A stretch of DNA of 41,230 nucleotides from contig JAZSAO010000278.1 of the NCBI GenBank assembly GCA_045601945.1, forward strand, positions 1 through 41,230, given 5' to 3'. Below the pieces are notes generated by a model. The model was not told the origin of the DNA. It worked only from the letters and a program-made list of their open reading frames with translations, and did not search any database. The stretch is from Faecousia sp. (GTDB lineage: Bacteria > Bacillota > Clostridia > Oscillospirales > Oscillospiraceae). Numbering within the stretch: the first letter of the stretch is position 1; every line of letters starts with the position of its first letter. Below are positions 1 to 8,158 of this stretch, piece by piece. A program made the position numbers and the translations under genes.

Positions 1-141
1 ACAAGATCCTAAGGCAGGGTTTCCGTACACGGATGCAGACGCTCCGACTCCAAGAGGCGCAGACGCAGTACAAGAAGCTCGGCGGAGATGGTTACGCTGC
101 AGCTTTGATTGCCGAGGCGATGGACACCGATCTCAAGCACG
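1..141. repeat. Terminal direct repeat, identical to 41090-41230 (circular assembly overlap)
   Basis: Exact 141-nt match between the two ends; one ORF reads across the junction. Confidence 0.97.
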
Positions 142-153
142 AAGGAGAATGAC

Positions 154-459
154 ATGCAGATAGCAAGACTGACCACACCAACGATCACTTATAAGCCTCA
201 GGCTGTAGAGGTCGCAAACGTAACGAAGATTTTTCTGATACTCCGGCAGGGCAGCACCGTCATCGAGAAGGACATCGATACTGCGGTGATCACGGCTGAC
301 GGTTTCCAGTGGACATTCACTCAGGAAGAGACAAGGGCCTTAAAGGCTGCACGAGGCGGATACGCGAAGATAGACTACCTTGCAGGAGAGACGCGCTACA
401 CGACCGATGAGTTCCCGTTCGAGGTCGTAGACTCTGCGAAAGATGAGGTCATCGAATGA
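154..459 (+). CDS. Small structural protein, BppU N-terminal-like
   Basis: ATG at 154 after AAGGAG; starts MQIARLTTPTITY; beta-rich pattern typical of fibre-associated modules; overlaps next gene (ATGA). Confidence 0.5.
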   Translation: MQIARLTTPTITYKPQAVEVANVTKIFLILRQGSTVIEKDIDTAVITADGFQWTFTQEETRALKAARGGYAKIDYLAGETRYTTDEFPFEVVDSAKDEVIE

Positions 460-1559
460 TTTACGGAGACGCAGTCGTCCTTGATGGGGGCGAGATCAAG
501 ATCACAAATCACATCGACGGTGGAGAGATAGGAGCTATCTACAAGTCCGGAGATGTGGAAGTCGTACCGCTTTCCGTTACAGAAAACGGTACATACCAGC
601 AGGCAGGAATTGCGTATAGCCCGGTTGAGGTAGACGTTGCAGGACTTGTTCCAACAGGCACCTTGGAGATAACCGAGAACGGTGTCTACGATGTTACCGA
701 AAAGGCGAGCGCATCGGTAAATGTGCCATCTCCTATCGCCCGAACTTTTACCGAAAACGGCACATACGAATACCTCGGGGGTTTTTCCCCTGTGACGGTG
801 AACGTTAGGGGAGACGTAGATCCTTACGAAATAGGGGCAAACGAAATAGTCACCGTGAACGTCACCAAGACCGCAAAGCCCATACTGCCCACGGGATATA
901 CGCTTGTTGAATACATACGGGCGAACGGAACGCAGTACATCGACACAGGTGTTATTGCCAACTCGCCAAGGACGGCGCAGTTCGATGTTGAGTTTATGTC
1001 GAGGGGTGTCACGCAAACACCTTGTGGGGCGCAGAAAAATACTGCGAACGCAATGGTGTTCGCAAACATCTATTACGGCGGACTTACATTCTCCTATGGC
1101 GGCTCATCGTCTGTCTTGATAACATTGACCGCAAACAAGTTGTACAAGTTCGTCACAACTTTGCGGAACGGCTATCAAACATTAGCACTTGACGGAGCAA
1201 ACCAAGGACAGACCACTAAATCGGGCGACCTTGTTAATGACATTCCGTTTTATCTTTTCGCAAACAACAACAACGGCACACCAACTGGATTATGTGACGC
1301 ACGGATTTATCGTTGTGTTATCCACAACGGCAATGGTATCACGGCTCCAAAACTTTGCGACCTTGTTCCGTGCCTTGAAGAAGCAACGGGCAAATACGGA
1401 ATGTACGACCTTGTTTCTAATACTTTCAAGGGCAACCAAGGAACAGGCGACTTCACAGGCGGTCCAGAAGTGCAGAACTTTTCCGCATCAATTAGCGGGT
1501 TTACATCAAGCGAGGAAACGATGGTAGCGGACAACCTTGGCTTGATATTTGAAACATAA
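456..1559 (+). CDS. Putative tail fibre / receptor-binding protein
   Basis: Three (I/V/F)TENGxY repeats, then a lectin/LamG-like domain starting LPTGYTLVEYIRANGTQYIDTG and ending GMYDLVSNTF. Confidence 0.6.
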   Translation: MIYGDAVVLDGGEIKITNHIDGGEIGAIYKSGDVEVVPLSVTENGTYQQAGIAYSPVEVDVAGLVPTGTLEITENGVYDVTEKASASVNVPSPIARTFTENGTYEYLGGFSPVTVNVRGDVDPYEIGANEIVTVNVTKTAKPILPTGYTLVEYIRANGTQYIDTGVIANSPRTAQFDVEFMSRGVTQTPCGAQKNTANAMVFANIYYGGLTFSYGGSSSVLITLTANKLYKFVTTLRNGYQTLALDGANQGQTTKSGDLVNDIPFYLFANNNNGTPTGLCDARIYRCVIHNGNGITAPKLCDLVPCLEEATGKYGMYDLVSNTFKGNQGTGDFTGGPEVQNFSASISGFTSSEETMVADNLGLIFET

Positions 1560-1601
1560 GCGCATATTCAGCAGTTATTCAGTCTATTTAGGAGGAAAAC
1601 A

Positions 1602-1808
1602 ATGAACAAGAAATGGTGGAAGTACGCAGGTATCCGCGCGATTAAGACCGTCTGTCAGACGGCCATAGCTACCATAGGCACGGCTGCGGTCCTGTCCGAG
1701 GTCAATTGGCTTGCTGTGGCAAGCGCTTCGGTCCTGGCAGGCATTCTGTCGCTCTTGACGAGCCTGGCAGGGATCCCGGAAGTCGACAAGGATGAGGCGG
1801 AGGAGTAA
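1602..1808 (+). CDS. Holin (r1t-like family)
   Basis: 68 aa, [12 protein letters not shown] motif, two hydrophobic segments, LAGIPEV tail; directly upstream of the lysin. Confidence 0.9.
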   Translation: MNKKWWKYAGIRAIKTVCQTAIATIGTAAVLSEVNWLAVASASVLAGILSLLTSLAGIPEVDKDEAEE

Positions 1809-1810
1809 CT

Positions 1811-2620
1811 ATGGAATACGATATTCACAGTCCGTACTATGTCCGGAAAGCCAACGGCGGTCTGTCGCCGTGTATAGAGGGCAACAACACATATGGCCTG
1901 CGTCCGTTCCCTGGGTCCGTCCTGGTCAATTGCGTGGGATGGTCCTCAGGCCGCTTCAACCAAAAAATCTTTGGGGACGAGCATCCGCAGTTCAAGTACC
2001 TGGGCAACCGCAACGCCGTGGACTTCACGAAGTTCGTGGATCTGCAGGGACTCGATTGGGGTATGACTCCAAAGGTCGGGGCCTGCATGGTCTGGAGCCA
2101 CGGCGAGGGTCATGTGGCCATCGTGGAGGAGGTCATCAGCGACACCGAGGTCATCACGAGCGAGAGCGGCTGGTCGTACAGAACCGGTCCTATCGTTCGC
2201 GAGATCCGCAGAACCAAGGGTGGCAACGGAAGGTGGGGGTATTCGTATCCGTTTCTGATGTTCATCTACCCACCTGCACCGCCGACACCGCCGACTCCGG
2301 ATGAGCCGATCTACTACACCGTAGTCCGGGGAGATAATCTGACCAAGATTGCGACAAGGTACAACACGACCGTTCAGCAGCTCGTGGTTTGGAACAACAT
2401 CAAGAATCCCAACCTCATCTTCCCAGGTCAGAGGCTTATCGTGGGCAAGAAGTCGCCGACGCCACCTGAACCGGAGAAGCAGTATTACACCGTGGTCCGG
2501 GGAGACAACCTTACAAAGATAGCTCGGAGGTTTGGCTGCACCGTCCAGGACCTCGTGTTCTGGAACAATATCCCGAATGCCAACCTCATCTATCCAGGGC
2601 AGGTTTTACGGGTCAAATAA
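1811..2620 (+). CDS. Endolysin, CHAP domain plus two LysM domains
   Basis: NCVG cysteine and GHVAIVE motif; Pro-rich linkers; two YTVVRGDNLTKIA...NLIxPGQ repeats. Confidence 0.93.
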   Translation: MEYDIHSPYYVRKANGGLSPCIEGNNTYGLRPFPGSVLVNCVGWSSGRFNQKIFGDEHPQFKYLGNRNAVDFTKFVDLQGLDWGMTPKVGACMVWSHGEGHVAIVEEVISDTEVITSESGWSYRTGPIVREIRRTKGGNGRWGYSYPFLMFIYPPAPPTPPTPDEPIYYTVVRGDNLTKIATRYNTTVQQLVVWNNIKNPNLIFPGQRLIVGKKSPTPPEPEKQYYTVVRGDNLTKIARRFGCTVQDLVFWNNIPNANLIYPGQVLRVK

Positions 2621-2707
2621 GCAGGGTGGTATTACTTATCCACCTTTGCAGGAAAGTCGCTGAAACGGGCGATTTTCGGCCTTGCAAGTACATACTATTA
2701 TCTATTT

Positions 2708-2734
2708 AGCGGAGCATTATGCTCCGCTTTTTTT
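2708..2734 (+). terminator. Intrinsic terminator of the late/lysis operon
   Basis: AGCGGAGCA-tta-TGCTCCGCT stem followed by a T run. Confidence 0.85.
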
Positions 2735-2758
2735 ATTTGCCCTGGGTCTTTTTTCGTG

Positions 2759-2839
2759 TTGAAAATGTTGCACATTATATATAAATAATTGTTGACTATG
2801 GTAGTCGGTGATGCTATACTAATCGTGATAATAGTTCAC
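2759..2839 (+). promoter_or_regulatory. SigA promoter with three 15-bp operator-like sites
   Basis: TTGACT(2792)-17 bp-TATACT(2815) with extended TG; 15-mers start at 2759, 2792 and 2825. Confidence 0.8.
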
Positions 2840-2861
2840 TATTGAGAAAAGGAGGAGTGAG

Positions 2862-3035
2862 ATGTACGGAATGGATAAAGAGTTTGAGAAGATGGCAAAG
2901 GCAGTAAGAAAGGCGATCAAGGAGTTGGATCTTTACGACAAGGATCTCTGGTCTCACGCCGATCTCAAGGCGGTGGCAGCCAAGGCGCATGCCGACATCG
3001 TGGATGTAATGTTTGTAGCAAGATATTGCAGATAA
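2862..3035 (+). CDS. Hypothetical 57-aa protein (not in ORF track)
   Basis: AAGGAGG RBS; MYGMDKEFEKMAKAVRKAIKEL...ARYCR*. Confidence 0.75.
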   Translation: MYGMDKEFEKMAKAVRKAIKELDLYDKDLWSHADLKAVAAKAHADIVDVMFVARYCR

Positions 3036-3047
3036 GGAGAGAGTGAG

Positions 3048-3557
3048 ATGGCAAGCATAAACGGAATCAGCATCAAGAACCTTAAGAAGTTTCGTGGTCA
3101 CGAAGGAGAGCCTTTGGCTCAAGGTACCGTGTACTACAAGGGCAAGAAACTCGGTTATTGGAGTCAGGACTTCCACGGAGGTCCGGATGCCTACGAGTTT
3201 GATGCAAGGCAACTCAACGATGAAGTGGCAAAGTATCGTGAGTCCGGTCGTGTAGAAGAGATGTACAAGGAGTACACCGACCTTGGGTGCATCCTTGAAG
3301 ACCTCGTAAACCTAATGGAGACCGAAAAGACATACAAGAAAGGTGTCAAGGCGGGATATCCCACCTACGTTGAGGCTAACGATGGATACCACGTATGGGG
3401 GATCTACTATAAGCCAAGTGGCAACGACCCGCTTAATGAGCCCAAGATTCAGGGATTCCTTGCGGAGTGCAGAGCAAGGGCTCTCAAGGATAAGACCGTT
3501 GAGATAGCAGCGTATAATGACCCGAAAGACTTTGACATCGTGTATGGGGAGGTATGA
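3048..3557 (+). CDS. Hypothetical protein, accessory operon
   Basis: 169-aa ORF with TAAGGAG RBS. Confidence 0.85.
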   Translation: MASINGISIKNLKKFRGHEGEPLAQGTVYYKGKKLGYWSQDFHGGPDAYEFDARQLNDEVAKYRESGRVEEMYKEYTDLGCILEDLVNLMETEKTYKKGVKAGYPTYVEANDGYHVWGIYYKPSGNDPLNEPKIQGFLAECRARALKDKTVEIAAYNDPKDFDIVYGEV

Positions 3558-3558
3558 T

Positions 3559-3711
3559 ATGGCAAAGTGCAAGAAACCAATGTTCTATTTGTCTCACCGA
3601 TTACCCATCTCCCCATATAGTCATAAATACAGGATTCGTGGGAAAGTATATCAAACGTTGACCAACACAAAGCGGTTCTACGAAGGGACAAGGATCTCGT
3701 TCATCCGCTAA
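3559..3711 (+). CDS. Hypothetical basic 50-aa protein
   Basis: GGAGGT RBS, ATG at 3559, ends before terminator. Confidence 0.6.
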   Translation: MAKCKKPMFYLSHRLPISPYSHKYRIRGKVYQTLTNTKRFYEGTRISFIR

Positions 3712-3720
3712 AGGCAAATG

Positions 3721-3745
3721 ACCGGAGCTTGATGCTCCGGTTTTT
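3721..3745 (+). terminator. Intrinsic terminator of the accessory operon
   Basis: ACCGGAGC-ttgat-GCTCCGGT followed by a T run. Confidence 0.85.
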
Positions 3746-3857
3746 GTGTGCGTTCAGCATTCCGTTCAGACTTTTTGCAAAAATGCTGAATATTGATATG
3801 TCAAGATATGAAAAGATATGCCTATATAGAAAAGCCGAAAATCGTTGATATTCCAAC

Positions 3858-3890
3858 AAAAAACCTTGCAACCGTTGATATTGCAAGGTT
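3858..3890 (-). terminator. Terminator downstream of int and the tRNA-derived att core
   Basis: AACCTTGCA...TGCAAGGTT stem with a T run on the minus strand. Confidence 0.75.
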
Positions 3891-3897
3891 CTTGTCT

Positions 3898-3923
3898 TGG
3901 CGGAGGGCATGGGACTCGAACCC
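3898..3923 (-). other. attP: attP core: 3' end of a tRNA, probably tRNA-Ser
   Basis: Minus strand GGGTTCGAGTCCCATGCCCTCCGCCA = T-loop, acceptor 3' strand, discriminator G and CCA; lies just past the int stop. Confidence 0.88.
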
Positions 3924-3938
3924 GTTTTGAAAAGTCTG

Positions 3939-5039
3939 TTATCCATTGGAATCTATGGATTCCTTGGGGTTTCGTTCAGCATATCCGTTCAGACTTTTTG
4001 CAAAGTAGTCATCAATTATGTGATCCACGGCAAGGCGTTCTTGTGAAAATGTGTGCTGATACACGGTTTTCATGACATGAGCCGTGGCCCATCCACCACG
4101 CTCCTGGGCATACTTTTCAGGTACTCCCAAAAGGAGCATAATAGATGCACTCATGTGCCGTAGGTCGTGGAATGAGATGTCTATTCCGTGCTTGGCAGAG
4201 ATCCTTTTCCAAGCGTTGTATAGGGCGCTGCGAGTCTGCGGGAACAGATATCCATCGCATCCGGTCTTTATGTACCTGATGTACACATCGTTTTGCTCAA
4301 TGAGATTCATCAGGTAGTCCGGGATCTGTTGCACTCGATTCCTGGTGGAGTTCTTTGCGATGCTCTTTTCTATCCATCCGTTATCGGTATATACCCGGAC
4401 CTGATCAATGTAGATACATCCATTCTGAACGGAGCTTGCCTTAAGACCGAGGATCTCCGACATGGAGAAAGTACACCACATAGCAAGCAGACATGGTAGT
4501 TTTACATTCGACTCCATAATAGCATCCAGGACCTTTTGAGGATTCGGATATTGCCGTCGGTCTTTCTTCACTTTTGGGAGCGACACATCAAAGGATGTGT
4601 TGCAGATTCTATGAAGAGCTGCGGATACGAGTCCCCATTCGTTATGTACGGTCTTTGCCGAGATCGGCTGACCGGTTCTCTGCCTGGGTCTTTGGCACTC
4701 CTGATTTATGGCTCTTTGCACGATTTCGGCAGAAAGTCGTTTGACCGGAAGATCCATAAGCCCACAGAACGCGTTTTGACGCATTTTTTTATATGCGGTC
4801 AATGTAGTTGGTGATTGAACTCCGCACAGATCTATGTACCGGTCGATCGCCTGCCCAACGGTAAGATCCTGGGCGCTCGTCCTGACGGGATGCTCTTTCC
4901 GGTAACGTGCTGCCTTATACTCCGCTTCGTACTTTGTAGGCGCCGTGATGGATGTATAGTGCCGTTTGCCGGTTGGATCCTTGTAGTCGTAGATCTGGAT
5001 GTTCCAACTCCCGCTTTTAAGTTTTCGTGCTTTTGCCAT
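3939..5039 (-). CDS. int: Tyrosine integrase
   Basis: N-terminal arm-binding domain (GSWNIQIY...GKRHY); FHDLRH motif; GGW...VYQH catalytic Tyr region. Confidence 0.93.
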   Translation of the reverse strand: MAKARKLKSGSWNIQIYDYKDPTGKRHYTSITAPTKYEAEYKAARYRKEHPVRTSAQDLTVGQAIDRYIDLCGVQSPTTLTAYKKMRQNAFCGLMDLPVKRLSAEIVQRAINQECQRPRQRTGQPISAKTVHNEWGLVSAALHRICNTSFDVSLPKVKKDRRQYPNPQKVLDAIMESNVKLPCLLAMWCTFSMSEILGLKASSVQNGCIYIDQVRVYTDNGWIEKSIAKNSTRNRVQQIPDYLMNLIEQNDVYIRYIKTGCDGYLFPQTRSALYNAWKRISAKHGIDISFHDLRHMSASIMLLLGVPEKYAQERGGWATAHVMKTVYQHTFSQERLAVDHIIDDYFAKSLNGYAERNPKESIDSNG

Positions 5040-5081
5040 TGCGGATCCTTTTTCGGTCTGATATAATGAGCATGCAAAGAC

Positions 5082-5348
5082 TCACACCAAACCAATCTCA
5101 CTCTTTGCAGAGCCGTTCGTGCCACCGGGCGGCTCATTTTTTATTTCGGCCTCTTTTTCTGCAACCGGTCTGGAGTCGCAGAAGTGACCTTTTTGGATAT
5201 GCTCGATCTCATGCCTATAGGACTTCAACTTCTTTGCCAGGGAGTGCCTGGCGTTGATATACACATTGTAGTTGCCATCCTCATCTTCAGCAGTAAGAGC
5301 GCCTATAGAGTAGTCAAGCGGTATCTCTCTCACGAATATGTCATCCAT
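5082..5348 (-). CDS. ImmA/IrrE-like metallopeptidase (short)
   Basis: YNVYIN...HEIEHI (HExxH); located between repressor and int. Confidence 0.8.
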   Translation of the reverse strand: MDDIFVREIPLDYSIGALTAEDEDGNYNVYINARHSLAKKLKSYRHEIEHIQKGHFCDSRPVAEKEAEIKNEPPGGTNGSAKSEIGLV

Positions 5349-5401
5349 TGGGATCTCCTTTGCATAGAGATTGTACCATTCCGGATGTGCAAAAATCTGT
5401 A

Positions 5402-5737
5402 CTACCTTTTTCCCTTTAAGAAGTTGATGTAGTCCACCGCAGCCTTTATCTCTTCTTCGGTCGCATCCTGGGCTGCATCAAATAGAATCTTGTGCCGGTC
5501 GTAGATCGATTGCATAAGCTGCTCTTTGGGAATATCCTTTTCCCATCCCATTAGCCATTCCGGGGTGGTCCAAAGAGCCTCTGCTATCATTTGAATCTTT
5601 GATATTGGGAAGTTCTTTCCTCCGCTTTCAATATACGAGATGGTGGATCTATCTTTGTATCCAATCTTCCGGGCAAGATCTTCTTGTGACATATTCAGTT
5701 CTATACGCCTTTGTTTTATTCTGTCACCTATAGTCAT
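5402..5737 (-). CDS. CI-like XRE-family repressor
   Basis: MTIGDRIKQRRIELNMSQEDLARKIGY..RSTISYIESG HTH; GAGGTG RBS supports start at 5737. Confidence 0.92.
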   Translation of the reverse strand: MTIGDRIKQRRIELNMSQEDLARKIGYKDRSTISYIESGGKNFPISKIQMIAEALWTTPEWLMGWEKDIPKEQLMQSIYDRHKILFDAAQDATEEEIKAAVDYINFLKGKR

Positions 5738-5756
5738 TTTCAACACCTCTTGACTT

Positions 5757-5852
5757 ATAATAACACTACTGTGAAACCATTTCAACAATATGTTAATATT
5801 TTTGTTGACCATTGGACCCGTCCATGTTATTATAAATGTGTCTATTAGACAC
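5757..5852. promoter_or_regulatory. Divergent genetic-switch promoters with three operators
   Basis: Rightward TTGACC(5805)-17-TATTAT(5828); leftward TTGAAA(5785)-17-TATTAT(5762); 15-mers at 5771, 5805 and 5838 (palindrome GTGTCTATTAGACAC). Confidence 0.8.
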
Positions 5853-5867
5853 GGAAAGGAGGGAATA

Positions 5868-6071
5868 ATGGTGGATACAAGACTTCTGAAGTCGCATATG
5901 GTCAAGGTTGGAAAGACGGGAGTAGATATGGCTTCCGCTCTTGGGATCTGCTATGCGTCATGGGTCAACAAGTCATCCGGTAAAAGAGATTTCACACTTG
6001 CTCAAGTGTTGAAGATAAAGGAATTACTATCTTTATCCAACGAGCAGGCATGTGAGATTTTTTTTAACTGA
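5868..6071 (+). CDS. Cro-like HTH protein
   Basis: AAGGAGG RBS; divergent from repressor; MASALGI...GKRDFT...IFF pattern. Confidence 0.85.
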   Translation: MVDTRLLKSHMVKVGKTGVDMASALGICYASWVNKSSGKRDFTLAQVLKIKELLSLSNEQACEIFFN

Positions 6072-6113
6072 AAGCGTGACTATCAGGCACATCGTTGAGA
6101 GTGAGGTGGTGAG

Positions 6114-6311
6114 ATGTATAACGATGAAAAATTACTCACGGTCGCAGAGCTTATGGAGCTTTTGGGTGTGGGTAAACCGAAAGTGATGGAGATCCTGATG
6201 ATGCCGGATTGTCCGCATTGGCCCAGGCTTAAGAAAAGATCTCCGTGGCTCGTGCCGTATGGTGCGTTTATGCGGTGGTATAACTCGCAGATTAAAGGGG
6301 GAAAAAGATGA
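6114..6311 (+). CDS. Excisionase-like HTH protein
   Basis: LLTVAELMELLGVGK...WLVP...FMRW pattern. Confidence 0.7.
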   Translation: MYNDEKLLTVAELMELLGVGKPKVMEILMMPDCPHWPRLKKRSPWLVPYGAFMRWYNSQIKGGKR

Positions 6312-6412
6312 GAACGAAGAAAAGAAGAATTGATTGGGTAGAGGTCCTTTGCGGAATCGCTGCCTTTGCCATCGTGGAAGGATGCTTTTTGGCGCTTCTT
6401 CTTAAGTTATAG
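6308..6412 (+). CDS. 34-aa single-TM protein (not in ORF track)
   Basis: ATGA overlap; basic N-terminus then a hydrophobic helix. Confidence 0.55.
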   Translation: MRTKKRRIDWVEVLCGIAAFAIVEGCFLALLLKL

Positions 6413-6421
6413 GGGGTTGTG

Positions 6422-6763
6422 ATGAAAAACTATTACTGCTACGAGTGCGGAAACATCTTCACAGAAGAATCCGCACGGACAAAACTCGCCGAGGAAGGAT
6501 ACGGACTTAAAGAGATGTACGCATGTCCGGATTGTGGATCCTTGGAAATCACCGAAGCGGATACATGTGGGATCTGCGGTGAGCCAATGATTCCGGGGAG
6601 TGGAAATTATTGCAAAGATTGCAAGTTGATGTTGGGTGCATCACTTCAGCGGTTCGTTGAAGATGTTATGGCCATCCGGTCGGTCCACGGTGAAAAACTG
6701 TCTGCCGACTACAAAGATTGCGAAGATGCTGCGAAGGACTATGTCTTGGAGGTGTGGGGATGA
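6422..6763 (+). CDS. Zinc-finger hypothetical protein
   Basis: Four CxxC pairs. Confidence 0.75.
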   Translation: MKNYYCYECGNIFTEESARTKLAEEGYGLKEMYACPDCGSLEITEADTCGICGEPMIPGSGNYCKDCKLMLGASLQRFVEDVMAIRSVHGEKLSADYKDCEDAAKDYVLEVWG

Positions 6764-7287
6764 CGGTTCGTATGTATAAGGAGCTTAAGGGCATCACTTT
6801 GGAAGCCCTGACCGATGAACTTCGTACCATTGAGCCGAGACTTGATATGCCGCTTGTCTCACGAATGGTAAACGGAATCGTAGCTCCAAACGAAGATGTG
6901 CAACAGTACATAGATATGTACACCGAAGGGGTTGCAAACGAAAACATCAGCGTTCAGGAGTCGTTGGATGACTCGTTCCTTGAGCAACTTCTGCGTGAGA
7001 TCCGTGTCTGCTCCAGGATGATTCCTGCGTCCCGCGCAATGCTCTGCGGATACCTTGGTAAACCGGACAGAACGATTCGCAAGGGTATTGAGGAACTTCG
7101 CAGACGTGGATACCGCATTATCTCTGATTCCGGTCATTATGGATATTGGCTTGATGATAATGGCGGTGGCTATGACCACATGAGAGCGGAGATGCGAAAG
7201 AAAGCATTGAGCATTCTACAGACTATAAGAGCGATGGATGGTAAGGAGTTGGAAGGTCAGTTGAAATGGGAAGAGGTGCTTGGATAG
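6760..7287 (+). CDS. Putative double-HTH DNA-binding protein
   Basis: GGAGGT RBS; C-terminal wHTH-like DRTIRKGIEELRRRG..I.S...GYWL. Confidence 0.7.
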   Translation: MTVRMYKELKGITLEALTDELRTIEPRLDMPLVSRMVNGIVAPNEDVQQYIDMYTEGVANENISVQESLDDSFLEQLLREIRVCSRMIPASRAMLCGYLGKPDRTIRKGIEELRRRGYRIISDSGHYGYWLDDNGGGYDHMRAEMRKKALSILQTIRAMDGKELEGQLKWEEVLG

Positions 7288-7691
7288 ATAGCGGAATATG
7301 GTTTGAGACTCGCAAACTATCACAACAAGAGCGTGAACTTTATCTGCGTCTCATCATCAACGACAACGGCAATATGGCTGGGTACTACAAACTGAACACC
7401 ATCCACCTTGCTGCCGATATGGGGATAACCTTTGATGAGCTGATGGATCTTCTTCGTAAGCCAAGTAAGTATTGGATGTTTGATGAGAACACGGATCAGG
7501 TCCTGATACCAAGGTACACCAAATATAACGTAGTCCGGGGAAGACCGCAGGAGACAAGGCTGAACGCAGAATTAGCCAAACTGACTCCGTGCCGGTTGCA
7601 TAAAGAGTTCCTGAAAGCGTGGGTGGAGTGTAATGGGATCGGTTCTGAGTCCATCATTGATGAAAAGTTCAAACGCTTAATAAATACATAA
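7266..7691 (+). CDS. Replication initiator-like protein (N-terminal wHTH domain only)
   Basis: IDSGIW...LS...LYLRLI.N..GNMAGYY...LAADMG pattern of phage initiators; abuts iterons. Confidence 0.7.
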   Translation: MGRGAWIDSGIWFETRKLSQQERELYLRLIINDNGNMAGYYKLNTIHLAADMGITFDELMDLLRKPSKYWMFDENTDQVLIPRYTKYNVVRGRPQETRLNAELAKLTPCRLHKEFLKAWVECNGIGSESIIDEKFKRLINT

Positions 7692-7815
7692 ATACTATCT
7701 CTTAATAAGCATATATACCATACCTCTTACCATACCATACCTTACCATACCATACCGTGGTATCGGGTGGGTATGGATAGGGTATCAATAGGGTATCAAT
7801 AGGGTATCGGTACTG
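7692..7815. promoter_or_regulatory. Putative replication origin (iterons plus AT-rich region)
   Basis: AT-rich stretch, tandem TACCA/TACCT pentamers, three ATAGGGTATC repeats at 11-bp period (7777, 7788, 7799). Confidence 0.72.
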
Positions 7816-7842
7816 AATGGTAAAAAATGGGGGGCAACCGGA

Positions 7843-8004
7843 GTGAGCAAAGGTGAGATGGAAGCGCAGAAGAAGCTCTTGGAGTGGTATCGCTTTGAGA
7901 GCCGAAAGAGGGCGCTTGAGTATGCAAGGTCAATGGATGACCTGGAGCAGCAGTTTAAGCAGAAGAGCAAAGTATTAGAAAGGAGTTTTAGGAGTGAGAA
8001 TTAG
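7843..8004 (+). CDS. Hypothetical 53-aa protein
   Basis: GTG start, open frame, charged helical composition. Confidence 0.5.
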   Translation: MSKGEMEAQKKLLEWYRFESRKRALEYARSMDDLEQQFKQKSKVLERSFRSEN

Positions 8005-8158
8005 GTATGTGAGTGAGGGTGTGTACTACGAGGCTGATGTCAAGGAAGTGGATATCCTGACATCCAAGGGTCTTAAAGGGGATCCTATTCCCGAAGAGGA
8101 ATGGTCCCAGGGGTTCAGGTTTTGTGAGGAGGATGACAATGACGCTTTGGCAGATTGA
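7994..8158 (+). CDS. Hypothetical 54-aa protein
   Basis: AAGGAG RBS, GTG start, overlaps both neighbours. Confidence 0.55.
   Translation: MRIRYVSEGVYYEADVKEVDILTSKGLKGDPIPEEEWSQGFRFCEEDDNDALAD

Larger units (their letters stand above)
3751..4004. repeat. Integrase arm-type direct repeats flanking the attP core
   Basis: CGTTCAGCAT(A)TCCGTTCAGACTTTTTGCAAA at 3751-3781 and 3973-4004. Confidence 0.7.

Noticed and set aside
1-141. Terminal repeat as biological phage DTR
   Set aside because: It falls mid-gene and 141 nt is a common assembler k-mer overlap; it shows circularity, not physical ends.
1583-1597. 15-bp identity TCTATTTAGGAGGAA with 30132-30146
   Set aside because: About half is the Shine-Dalgarno sequence; two copies are too few to call a regulatory motif.
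3898-3923. Phage-encoded tRNA-Ser gene
   Set aside because: Only the T-loop and 3' acceptor strand are present; no D- or anticodon arm upstream, so it is an att core.
7716-7810. CRISPR-like or microsatellite array
   Set aside because: Repeats are 5-11 bp without unique spacers and lie next to an initiator gene; better explained as an origin.
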